Assembly (NCBI GenBank): GCA_000165345.1
Contig: CM000435.1
Coordinates: 640,001-704,000 of the forward strand
DNA length: 64,000 bases
Direction of reading: 5' to 3'
Below are positions 22,601 to 30,060 of this stretch, in pieces. Numbering within the stretch: the stretch's first letter is position 1; every line of letters begins with the position of its first letter. Both the position numbers and the translations under genes were made by a program. The notes below the pieces were generated by a model. It worked only from the letters and a program-made list of their open reading frames with translations. It made no database searches and was not told where the DNA came from.

Positions 22601-24163
22601 TCTCAGTTCATTAATGATCTAGAGGTTATTAAAAATTATTTAAACAATTACAACCCTAAAAAGGATAAAAATTTTGAAGAAATGCTACACATTGTTACTC
22701 CTGCATGGATATTAGATAGTTGTTCCAAAAGAACAAAAATAGATTATAAAGGATATGAAATTAAGTATTCGACTTCGGTAGTACAAATTAAACGAAGGCG
22801 AAGGAGGGCCAAAACAACATCAGTTGATGCCAAAAATAACACTTTTAAAGAGGAGGTCTGTTTTTTTTACAAACAAGATGAAAATTCAAGCATACGTAAT
22901 ATTATTCCTCCTCAAGGTCCATGGCCTCTCTGGGGTTGGAATGTCTATATTATTGACTCTATTAAACAGCGTCTTTCCGAAAATCTAAGAAAAAAACTTA
23001 AGGAAGTAGGAGCAATTTACACTTACTCCGCAATCTCCTTTGAACATGTTATCTCATACTCCGAAGAACAAATTAAAGATTTTTTGAATGAAATTGAACA
23101 CAATGGTATCAACATAATTGTTTGTAACGACTTCCTTGATTCTCAACTTTTAGAAAAGATAGGTATGGACAAATATTCAAAAGATGAAATGAGTGGCCAG
23201 CCTTCAAAAGGAATAAATATTGTTAGTGAATCATGGATAAATATGGTTTATGGAACCAGGACATTACATCCATTTGGTTGCAAGTTTTATTTTAATCTAA
23301 GCCTGGATATTAACAAAAATCTTGGCCATAATAAAGATTTCAATTCACTAAAAGTTTTAGAAAGCTACTCTGCCTCAAAAAAACTCGAACAAAATGAAAA
23401 CTATAATGAAGATCAGATTGGATGCAAAACTTTTGAGAATAAATTTATAGCATTTGACGGTTGTGGAACATTAGCTGTGTTGGAAAATTCAAAAAATATG
23501 AAAGAAATACATAAAAATAAAGCAAGGGAAAATGAAATTACAAATTTACACTTTGGAGAATGTGAATCCGCAAGATATACTGAATATGATAAAGTTCAAG
23601 ATTCAAATTCCTCTGAAAACAAATCAAATAAACAAAAACGTAGAAGAACTATGAATAAGAGTCTTCATGAAATGGATAGTACAATACATTTTGAAAATTT
23701 AAATATAAAAACTAATGATAAAAATAGTGTTTATTATGAAGCCAATGTTAAAAATGATAACTTAAACGCTTTGGATAATGGCAATCAAACTGAAAATGAA
23801 TTTTTGGTTCCTCTCTCATTATCATTCATGTCAAATTGGGCAGAAAATAAAAATAAAGATTGCCTTCCACTATTCTTTTCTTCAAATACTCCAATAAGGA
23901 AAGGTTATGAAGTAAAAGAAATTCGCTCCAACACTCCAACTCAATCCCAAAGTAATTGGATAAATCAATTTAACAATATTGAAGATCTAGTTGATAATAG
24001 TGCTTGCCCAATTGAATCAAATGATGACTTCGCATCTCAAACTGATAAAACAACGACATTTCAAAAAACTATTGATGAATCTGAAAACGATCATCCTGTT
24101 AATTCGACCAACCACTATTCTCCAATACTTTGCCCAATTATACCTGTTAACTTACATTATTGA
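19610..24163 (+). CDS. hypothetical large S/N-rich nuclear protein, 1517 aa, with possible BRCT-like segments
   Basis: ATG at 19610. Long ORF with low-complexity N/S/Q-rich stretches and a basic KRRRRRAK cluster. Two segments weakly resemble BRCT folds (LCFIGFDSERLDYFTARAVEEGAKVI; FIAFDGCGTLAV). No firm assignment. Confidence 0.5.
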   Translation: MKEPNCIDNNDTPKQEYLDGKIEHDDSRLSKSIQFVVNEISSLLNYSNTSKTREQDTSHFYSESGHLKAIATEIHKTIQVSSAIKLRSNNPLLLSLTALLSNPHHTKYLNLMTENIIEGFSENQSKKFNVDELGNKSNDLISKETKNAVVNLIASNLQYYLFEGRATNVVINDLVVTLMKAYSSEKTPNKVFDIDWGTNNQVFIEARDWCVLIGPKECIFPKTCYELRELLNKKGIKLKSYFENVNTDNISSHKINLVAGGIDSQDTNHSSIDELDTQYFERLSYSKLKEYKSNNIPNYSHFEQIKKFISVQFPNLKTFFYSPGSCIYINGNDVLTFLDILKKATEEKKMEENEIKNNSSMKKVSNSINPYWFLKDTKRIISNFPVKDTVFKASTCDCNFIHNPIKSKTQGFYELNIEGLFLPNSMYVILNGFKLLFPDIFTCNVSIESFAEPPFLPNEINNPVLIWEKLIPLLNTTVRSISPTLVELANQLKPYTRIHFKNSKANTENVKNNQEQAQIQTLNCAIPFFSLPRKRLNPSSQIQNYQRNYSNVNCRNNSQNCVIIGNSAINNSISQIQPRNVHASNSSLSNILLDLSTSNGIYDSVNAQVGSIFTHGISNFPHLIGSSSSVENQALLALSQNNTQNHPPLLPSSGIRARTPNSVTTNVQWLNFKGIGISSQTNSNYVSLSTPMGKQLLHRIGTINPIQRLEQTQNLIGFQIKSTSLKGLNSNQINSPIEKFITKIFEETALCFIGFDSERLDYFTARAVEEGAKVIKFTNLEKEYAKQYSKFAALKEINISNFIYSWLNVTRFYCVFDHSKLQPDNKKSLNYSYEKVYHYFEVQQFVSLEWFLTSCFEKRSLDPDMFTPICRPTFSIQNTNKLFLTNSVEDDFLVIVIENFPHMNKIYNSSKEGQELLSNAIWGNCIQRILKSIYGPNITNMKEISNVMERNKSKWEKGFPSNVIIVPCNLLPYKSSLNNAYSECTNSPISALYGPGKSQFINDLEVIKNYLNNYNPKKDKNFEEMLHIVTPAWILDSCSKRTKIDYKGYEIKYSTSVVQIKRRRRRAKTTSVDAKNNTFKEEVCFFYKQDENSSIRNIIPPQGPWPLWGWNVYIIDSIKQRLSENLRKKLKEVGAIYTYSAISFEHVISYSEEQIKDFLNEIEHNGINIIVCNDFLDSQLLEKIGMDKYSKDEMSGQPSKGINIVSESWINMVYGTRTLHPFGCKFYFNLSLDINKNLGHNKDFNSLKVLESYSASKKLEQNENYNEDQIGCKTFENKFIAFDGCGTLAVLENSKNMKEIHKNKARENEITNLHFGECESARYTEYDKVQDSNSSENKSNKQKRRRTMNKSLHEMDSTIHFENLNIKTNDKNSVYYEANVKNDNLNALDNGNQTENEFLVPLSLSFMSNWAENKNKDCLPLFFSSNTPIRKGYEVKEIRSNTPTQSQSNWINQFNNIEDLVDNSACPIESNDDFASQTDKTTTFQKTIDESENDHPVNSTNHYSPILCPIIPVNLHY

Positions 24164-24263
24164 AAGAAATAAATACAAAATTCCTTGTATTAATGTTTAA
24201 TACGTATCATCTAAGTTATAAAAAAAATATTGACACTTCTATAATTCTTTTTTATACTTTCTT

Positions 24264-26720
24264 CTATTCGGTCTGGCCTACTAATTTAGATTCTGATTTT
24301 GGTTTTTGCTTTCCTATTTTCCTTTTATCCAAAATTTCTTTTATTAACGCTTCAACTCCATCTTCAATTGTTTTTATTTCATTAGTCTCTAAATCAAATC
24401 CATTATTTTCAACTTTTTCAGATATTATTTTCTTTAGTTTGTTGTGGTTATTTATTAAATTTGACTCCTCCTCTATTTCGCCCAATACTTGCAATACCCC
24501 AGCAGCAGTACGTAGTGTATTTAAATTTTTTTCAAAACTATCAATATCCATGTTTAATTCCGCTCTTTTTTGTTGTTCTGATTGCTTAACACTTTTATTA
24601 ATCAGTTTCGTATCTTTTCCATCGATTAATTCGTCGAAATTTTTATTCTTTTCTTGAATTCCCAAAGCACTACCATTCACAAGTACGCTTAATTGTTTAG
24701 AATGGCTTATATATTTACTCTTAGTTGTAGCTGCCTTATTTCCCAATACATTTTTACTTTGATTTGTTGAATCTTTTACAATGGAGGGCTGAGAATCAGG
24801 TGGATTTCTATTTGTTTGCAGCAATATTTTATCGAGATGCTTAACCAGATCATTTTTCAATTCATCTGAAATTCCCTTGGTTAAAATAAGCTTATTTAAA
24901 CTGACTACAATATCATCTTCAAGTTTTGAAGTAAGATCTTGGCACATATTTGATTGATGAATATCGAGTTTATTATCAGATGAATTAGATAAGCCGATTT
25001 CAATTGAATTACAATCAGAGCTATTTTCCTCTTCAATTATTATTTTATATTTTTGCTCGTCAAAGTTTTTTTGGTTAAATATTTCCGGCTCATTTCTAAA
25101 CCTAACCTTATTGATTACTTTGCTTTTTGCGAAATGGCCCTTTTTTAATTTTGATAGCAAATTGGCTTCATCATAATCACTTTCTACTTTTGCCTTATTG
25201 ATAAGCTCAGTATAATGATTTTTCTTATCGCTTCCATATATTTCCTTCTTCATAATCTCTTTATTAATAGACAAATTATCTGAAATATTGGTTGATATCC
25301 CATCCATTTCAAACTTTCTTAAGGAATTATCTAACAATTCTCGTCTATATTCTTTTCTAATTTCAGTTAACTCTTGTAAAAATTCGTTTGGAATGCCTTT
25401 TTTAACCAACGATGAGTCCATATCGCTCAATCTTATTTTAGGCGAACCTCTTTTTAATGGATCCATTTCATCAATTGCGAAGTCACGCTCCCATTCCCAT
25501 GGAGTTTCGATCTCGGTCCAATTTAATTTTTTGTCAAGGAAATCAATAAGCTTAAGTTTCAATTCCTTAGGAGTTCTCTCAGATTCGCTTAGCTTATTCA
25601 AACCACTTATTTTATCTTTCTTTTCTTTTTCATAATCTAAATATCCGAAGAAGAATTGATAATAATCTGGTTTACATCTTCGTTTAAATTTTCTATCGAA
25701 TACGCTTAAAATTTGCCTAATTTGATAATTATTATATTCTATTCTTCCATCAGAATCTATCTTTTCAACAAAATCCATCATTTCATCTAGTTCATCCTCT
25801 GATGAATCATTAACAAATTGATTATTTAAACCCAATCTACTAAGCATTTTATCATCGTATATTTGTTCAATATCATCAAAATCAGTAATATCAAAGTAAC
25901 CTTTTAAATAAAGCCTTCTTTTCAGTGATAACCTCTTCATTTTAATTTCTTTTAACTTATCAAACTTTAATTTTATATTGCTGTTTACAAACTCATCAAA
26001 TGATTGTTCATCTGTTTGGCACCAGGCATCATCTAATTGTTGGTCTCCCCCTCGGCTTTTCTGAAACAATAACAAGTTCTTTTTCTGTTCCAAAAGTAAA
26101 TTCTGATATTCATTCCACTGTTGCATTTTAATTGTTGGATAATCCACTTCCTTTAGCTTCTCAAAAGAATTTCTTAAGAAAACTCTTTGTTCTAAATCAG
26201 TATTTCCAATTGTACTAGCATGATATTTGAAGTCAATAAATCTACAAAATTCATTTTTTAACCTATCTAAATTATCATGAATTCTTCCTGAATCTGTTGA
26301 AACTCCAGGTGTTAGCCCAGCAATTCCCTTATCTAAGTTTTTACTAAGTCTCGCTGGTAGATCTAAATAACCAGGTAACTTTACACGGTTATTTTTTATT
26401 GCTTCTGCCAATAGTGCCTCTGGCAAATTTGTGTTTGAATTAACGGTAGCATTTCCTGTTATTTGCGCATTATTAAATATTCCGATATCTGAAGGTGGTG
26501 GCTTTACATTTGAATCTTGAATATTTGTGGTATTTTTTTGTCTTGGTCTGAGCAACCCTTTTATTGGATTGATTGATTTGTTTGGGGAGTTAAGCTCTTC
26601 AATTCTTGCAGGATCAAATTCATCTTGATTGCTTCCTTTTCCTTTTAAAGGTCTGTTAAGTAGTTTAACACTTTTAGATGAAGGGTTAAGCTTCCTAGTT
26701 AACCTTTGGTGTTCGCTCAT
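24264..26720 (-). CDS. hypothetical protein, about 818 aa, acidic/basic and coiled-coil rich
   Basis: Minus-strand ORF 24264..26732. The track start at 26732 is TTG; the first ATG is at 26720 (MSEHQRLTRKL...). Convergent with the 19610..24163 gene; 100 bp separate the two stop codons. Confidence 0.5.
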   Translation of the reverse strand: MSEHQRLTRKLNPSSKSVKLLNRPLKGKGSNQDEFDPARIEELNSPNKSINPIKGLLRPRQKNTTNIQDSNVKPPPSDIGIFNNAQITGNATVNSNTNLPEALLAEAIKNNRVKLPGYLDLPARLSKNLDKGIAGLTPGVSTDSGRIHDNLDRLKNEFCRFIDFKYHASTIGNTDLEQRVFLRNSFEKLKEVDYPTIKMQQWNEYQNLLLEQKKNLLLFQKSRGGDQQLDDAWCQTDEQSFDEFVNSNIKLKFDKLKEIKMKRLSLKRRLYLKGYFDITDFDDIEQIYDDKMLSRLGLNNQFVNDSSEDELDEMMDFVEKIDSDGRIEYNNYQIRQILSVFDRKFKRRCKPDYYQFFFGYLDYEKEKKDKISGLNKLSESERTPKELKLKLIDFLDKKLNWTEIETPWEWERDFAIDEMDPLKRGSPKIRLSDMDSSLVKKGIPNEFLQELTEIRKEYRRELLDNSLRKFEMDGISTNISDNLSINKEIMKKEIYGSDKKNHYTELINKAKVESDYDEANLLSKLKKGHFAKSKVINKVRFRNEPEIFNQKNFDEQKYKIIIEEENSSDCNSIEIGLSNSSDNKLDIHQSNMCQDLTSKLEDDIVVSLNKLILTKGISDELKNDLVKHLDKILLQTNRNPPDSQPSIVKDSTNQSKNVLGNKAATTKSKYISHSKQLSVLVNGSALGIQEKNKNFDELIDGKDTKLINKSVKQSEQQKRAELNMDIDSFEKNLNTLRTAAGVLQVLGEIEEESNLINNHNKLKKIISEKVENNGFDLETNEIKTIEDGVEALIKEILDKRKIGKQKPKSESKLVGQTE

Positions 26721-27070
26721 TGGGAAAGTCAAAATTTAACGAAAATTATTAAATATATTTGTAAAAACAAAGTTTTCTAATTTAAAAGTATATATAACCT
26801 GTGATTAGCTTTGACAATATAATGAAATTTTCTTACCAATTACTTTCCATTTTAATTTTTCTGTTTAGAGCATGACCAATACATGCAATTTTTGGCGGTC
26901 TATTTACGCATTTACAATTTAGCCGATGAAGAAAGATGTAAAATAATGAAATTAAAAAACTAATAAATTACATTAGTCAAATTTATCTAATGAACCTCAA
27001 TAAAACAGTGAAATTTTGAGTATTACCTATTTCATAATATCAAATAATATATTTTAAAATATAGCAAAAA

Positions 27071-28255
27071 CTATTTATTTGAAGGGTTATTAATTGTGCA
27101 ATGATCATTAATTGCGCCATCAGCATTGAAAATATTTTCAGAAATATCTGAATTAAAACTTATTTGATCTTTGTCAGCACAAGCCTTGCTGTTGTAGCAA
27201 GCATTAGACTCATTATTTTTGTTAATAACAATAGGTGTATCATCCAGGTGAATATATTCAAATGCAAAGTCATTTTTTATCTTTTGGCACCAATCTTTCT
27301 CAAAATCAAAATATATATAGTCTGCAACTTCGGCATCTTCTGTAGTAATTTTTGAATCAGATCTTTTATAAAACCAAGCAAAACATTTTTTATGAAATTG
27401 CCATTTTTTTCTTTTAAGCTCTTGAATTGATAAGAACTGTTGAAATGTCCCTTGTTGAAAATAAAAAATAAAAAATAAAGTGTCCAAAGCCAACTTATCA
27501 AAAAACGAAGTGTTAGCCAACTTTTCAAGTGGTCTAGAAGGAAAATCAGATCTTGGATTATGCCAAACCATTCTTGGAGTATATTGAATATGCCTGCCAA
27601 TTGAATCCTGTATCTCTAGTTTGTTATTAAATGAATTATCTAGAATATCTGTATTTAAATGTTTAGATACATCCATACGAAATCCTATCGAATGCTTATA
27701 TTCATCCGTATTTTCAATCGGTATCTCTGTATTATTTCCAGGTTTAACAATTCTCTCCCTAGTGTAAATATCGTTTTCATTAAGTTTTTCTGGACTGAAA
27801 CTATCCTTAATATAATTATCGGCATTAATTTGGCTAAGTTTAACTTCATTATCAATTCTTAGTTCAGAAAATTCGTCATTTAAAAGATCGCCTACAGACT
27901 TTGATTCGAAATCATTTATTTGCAATTTTTTGTCCCCTTGTGAATGATCATTATTCATTTTTATTTCTTTAAAGTTAACAATAGATCCCTTTAGAGACTG
28001 TAGTGACTCATGACACTTTTCCAAAATATACTTCTCAGAAACGAAATCCGTTTGATTAGATGACACAATTCTACTTTCTACTATTTTCTTCTCTACAATA
28101 TGCAACTTTTCTTTAATTTCTCTGATTTCTGTTTCGAACTTATTAACTTCATATTTATTTTTTGATAAAATATTTACAATAGACACTATAGCTTTTAAAT
28201 CGCTTTCACATTTTGAAAAAATTGAGCATATCAGATTTAATTCGCTATCTGCCAT
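27071..28255 (-). CDS. NOT3: CCR4-NOT complex subunit, NOT3/NOT5 family (compact form)
   Basis: The C-terminal NOT box LFFIFYFQQGTFQQFLSIQELKRKKWQFHKKCFAWFYKR...ADYIYFDFEKDWCQKIKNDFAFEYIHLDD aligns with CNOT3 [39 protein letters not shown]...[28 protein letters not shown]. An N-terminal MAD... coiled coil resembles the Not3 N-domain. Confidence 0.75.
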   Translation of the reverse strand: MADSELNLICSIFSKCESDLKAIVSIVNILSKNKYEVNKFETEIREIKEKLHIVEKKIVESRIVSSNQTDFVSEKYILEKCHESLQSLKGSIVNFKEIKMNNDHSQGDKKLQINDFESKSVGDLLNDEFSELRIDNEVKLSQINADNYIKDSFSPEKLNENDIYTRERIVKPGNNTEIPIENTDEYKHSIGFRMDVSKHLNTDILDNSFNNKLEIQDSIGRHIQYTPRMVWHNPRSDFPSRPLEKLANTSFFDKLALDTLFFIFYFQQGTFQQFLSIQELKRKKWQFHKKCFAWFYKRSDSKITTEDAEVADYIYFDFEKDWCQKIKNDFAFEYIHLDDTPIVINKNNESNACYNSKACADKDQISFNSDISENIFNADGAINDHCTINNPSNK

Positions 28256-28514
28256 TTCAACAATAGAAGGATAAATATACTATTTAATTAATAAACTTCA
28301 AAAAAATATATAAATATTGCTTTCCAATTAAATCTAATTGCACAAAACGAATTTAACTTTAAAGCTACTATTAACACCTTAGAATATTTATACCAAAAAT
28401 AATCAATTAATAATATTGCATAACTTTATTCATCAGTTTTAACTAATTCAAAACAATAATGGCGGCTTAATATTGTCTTACGTAATTTATATTAATAAAT
28501 TTTATAAACAGAAT

Positions 28515-29079
28515 ATGAGTGCATGTAAAAGTCGGCTCATAATCGAGTTAAAGGATTCTAGCAGAAATAAAGATACTGATATTAGATTGATCCCATCGTA
28601 AGTTTTAGCATAAAGTAGGAAACAATTATTAATACATATTTCTTTTCAAGAGAAAATGACTTAATGTATTGGGACGGAGAAATAGTAGGGCCAGATGAAA
28701 CGCCATATGAAGGATTCGTATTTAAAATCGAAATTATTGTGTCGCCACAATATCCTATATTACCCCCATCTGTAAAATTTGTGACACCGATTTTTCATCC
28801 AAATGTAAACTTTTTTACTGGTGAGTAATAAGCATTAATGTTGTTTTTCACGAATAATAAATTATAGGTGAAGTTTGCATTGATGTAATCAAGGATAACT
28901 GGACGCCAGCATGGACGTTGCATGCTGTTTGTAGAGCAATAATATCTATCTTATGCGATCCAAATCCCAATAGTCCGTTAAATTGCGATGCAGGAAACAT
29001 TTTAAGATGCGGAGATAAAAAAGGATTTAATAATATGGCAAGGATGTACTCTTTAGAGTATGCAAGCAAATATAAGTAA
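28515..29079 (+). CDS. ubiquitin-conjugating enzyme E2 (class I UBC fold), 3 exons: join(28515..28597,28651..28820,28868..29079)
   Basis: Absent from the ORF track. Spliced product MSACKSRLIIELK...IRLIPS|ENDLMYWDGEIVGPDETPYEGFVFKIEIIVSPQYPILPPSVKFVTPIFHPNVNFFTG|EVCIDVIKDNWTPAWTLHAVCRAIISILCDPNPNSPLN... carries the HPN motif, the catalytic Cys (CID) and the LCDPNP signature typical of UBE2D/UBE2T-type E2s. Introns: GTAAGT...AAG (53 nt) and GTGAGT...TAG (47 nt). Confidence 0.8.
28598..28650 (+). other. intron, E2 intron 1, 53 nt, GTAAGT...AAG, phase 2
   Basis: CCATC|GTAAGT ... TCTTTTCAAG|A. Restores TC+A = Ser and continues ENDLMYWDG... Confidence 0.7.
28821..28867 (+). other. intron, E2 intron 2, 47 nt, GTGAGT...TAG, phase 1
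   Basis: ACTG|GTGAGT ... AAATTATAG|GTGAA. Restores G+GT = Gly before the catalytic-Cys exon. Confidence 0.7.
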
Positions 29080-29087
29080 TCAATACA

Positions 29088-29885
29088 CTAATATCCCTCT
29101 CTAGACAGGCTACTACTTCTAACTTTATATTTTTCCTGGCAACAATTTTGGAATTCAAAGTTTCCATTGCAAGTAAAGTCTTGCTCTTGAAAATTAAACA
29201 AATTTTGAACAGAATTGTGTTCAGAAATATTATTTCTATTATTATTTATTTGAATTGAAATCTTTCCGTCATCATCTTCTAAATTAGTTGTATTTCTTAA
29301 AAACACAGTTGGACATCTTTGAATGAAAGACGCTCTTTGGTTAGATGAAGAGTTTGATTTGACTACCATTCCAATTCGTCGTTCTCTTCTGTTGTCTTCT
29401 GTAAGTCTGAATTTATTTTTTGAATCCAAGTCCTTATTCTTTTTTTCGCCTTCATGACCAATATACTGGATATACCATCCTTTATCAGAATATTCGATTT
29501 CGCATTTGTTAGTATTGCTCAAGTAGTGAATAAATTCTGTGAGAGTTGTCCAAATTGTCGAGTTCATGTGTATATGGTTTCTATCATGAATTAAGTCATT
29601 ATAGACTGTATTTGCAAGTACCTTTGACTTTGAATATCTTGTTTTCATTAATCTCATAAAAGCAAGCTCAAATTGTTTACTATAGTCATTCAATATTTTT
29701 TTAGAATTTTGCTCAAAAACTTCCATCTGTCTCAAATGTGCGTCAGACATCCTGTGGCATTTAAAGCCGTTTTCATCTCTACATTGTTTTTCACATAGCT
29801 GGCAATACCATCTCAATTTCTGCAATCCTTTGGACTTTATTTGCTTAGATAACCACTTAACTGTTCCGACTTCAGCTTTTGGCAT
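29088..29885 (-). CDS. KIN17: DNA/RNA-binding protein KIN17, short form lacking the C-terminal SH3-like tandem
   Basis: N-terminus KSKGLQKLRWYCQLCEKQCRDENGFKCHRMSDAH...VYNDLIHDRNHIHMNSTIWTTLTEFIHYL...KGWYIQYI aligns near-identically with KIN17 IKSKGLQKLRWYCQMCQKQCRDENGFKCHCMSESH...YNEYISHREHIHMNATQWETLTDF...KGWYIQYI. ATG at 29885, stop at 29088. Confidence 0.8.
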   Translation of the reverse strand: MPKAEVGTVKWLSKQIKSKGLQKLRWYCQLCEKQCRDENGFKCHRMSDAHLRQMEVFEQNSKKILNDYSKQFELAFMRLMKTRYSKSKVLANTVYNDLIHDRNHIHMNSTIWTTLTEFIHYLSNTNKCEIEYSDKGWYIQYIGHEGEKKNKDLDSKNKFRLTEDNRRERRIGMVVKSNSSSNQRASFIQRCPTVFLRNTTNLEDDDGKISIQINNNRNNISEHNSVQNLFNFQEQDFTCNGNFEFQNCCQEKYKVRSSSLSREGY

Positions 29886-29938
29886 GTAACTATCTTAGAT
29901 ATACTATTTTTATGATCCTTAATTTTGTTTAAAAAAAT

Positions 29939-29954
29939 AAAAAAAAAAAAAAAA
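29939..29954. repeat. poly(A)16 homopolymer tract in the intergenic spacer between the KIN17 start and the W-rich gene 3' end
   Basis: 16 consecutive A read directly; flanked by further A-rich sequence (gaaaagagaaaaaaa). Confidence 0.95.
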
Positions 29955-30060
29955 TGAAAAGAGAAAAAAAACTGAAGAAAATTTATAAATAAAAATTTTG
30001 CGTAAATGCAACTAGCACTTTAATGCACAATATTTCTGCTTAAGAAAATTTGTAATTTAG

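Noticed and set aside
24160-24657. 165-aa plus-strand ORF, and likewise 25288..25635
   Set aside because: Both lie inside and antisense to the long minus-strand gene 24264..26720. Their low-complexity S/F/L-rich translation is typical of antisense readthrough of an AT-rich coding strand.
28848-29069. 73-aa minus-strand ORF from the track
   Set aside because: It lies exactly antisense to exon 3 of the spliced E2 gene, which encodes the conserved HPN...C...LCDPNP core on the + strand. It is an ORF-finder artefact.
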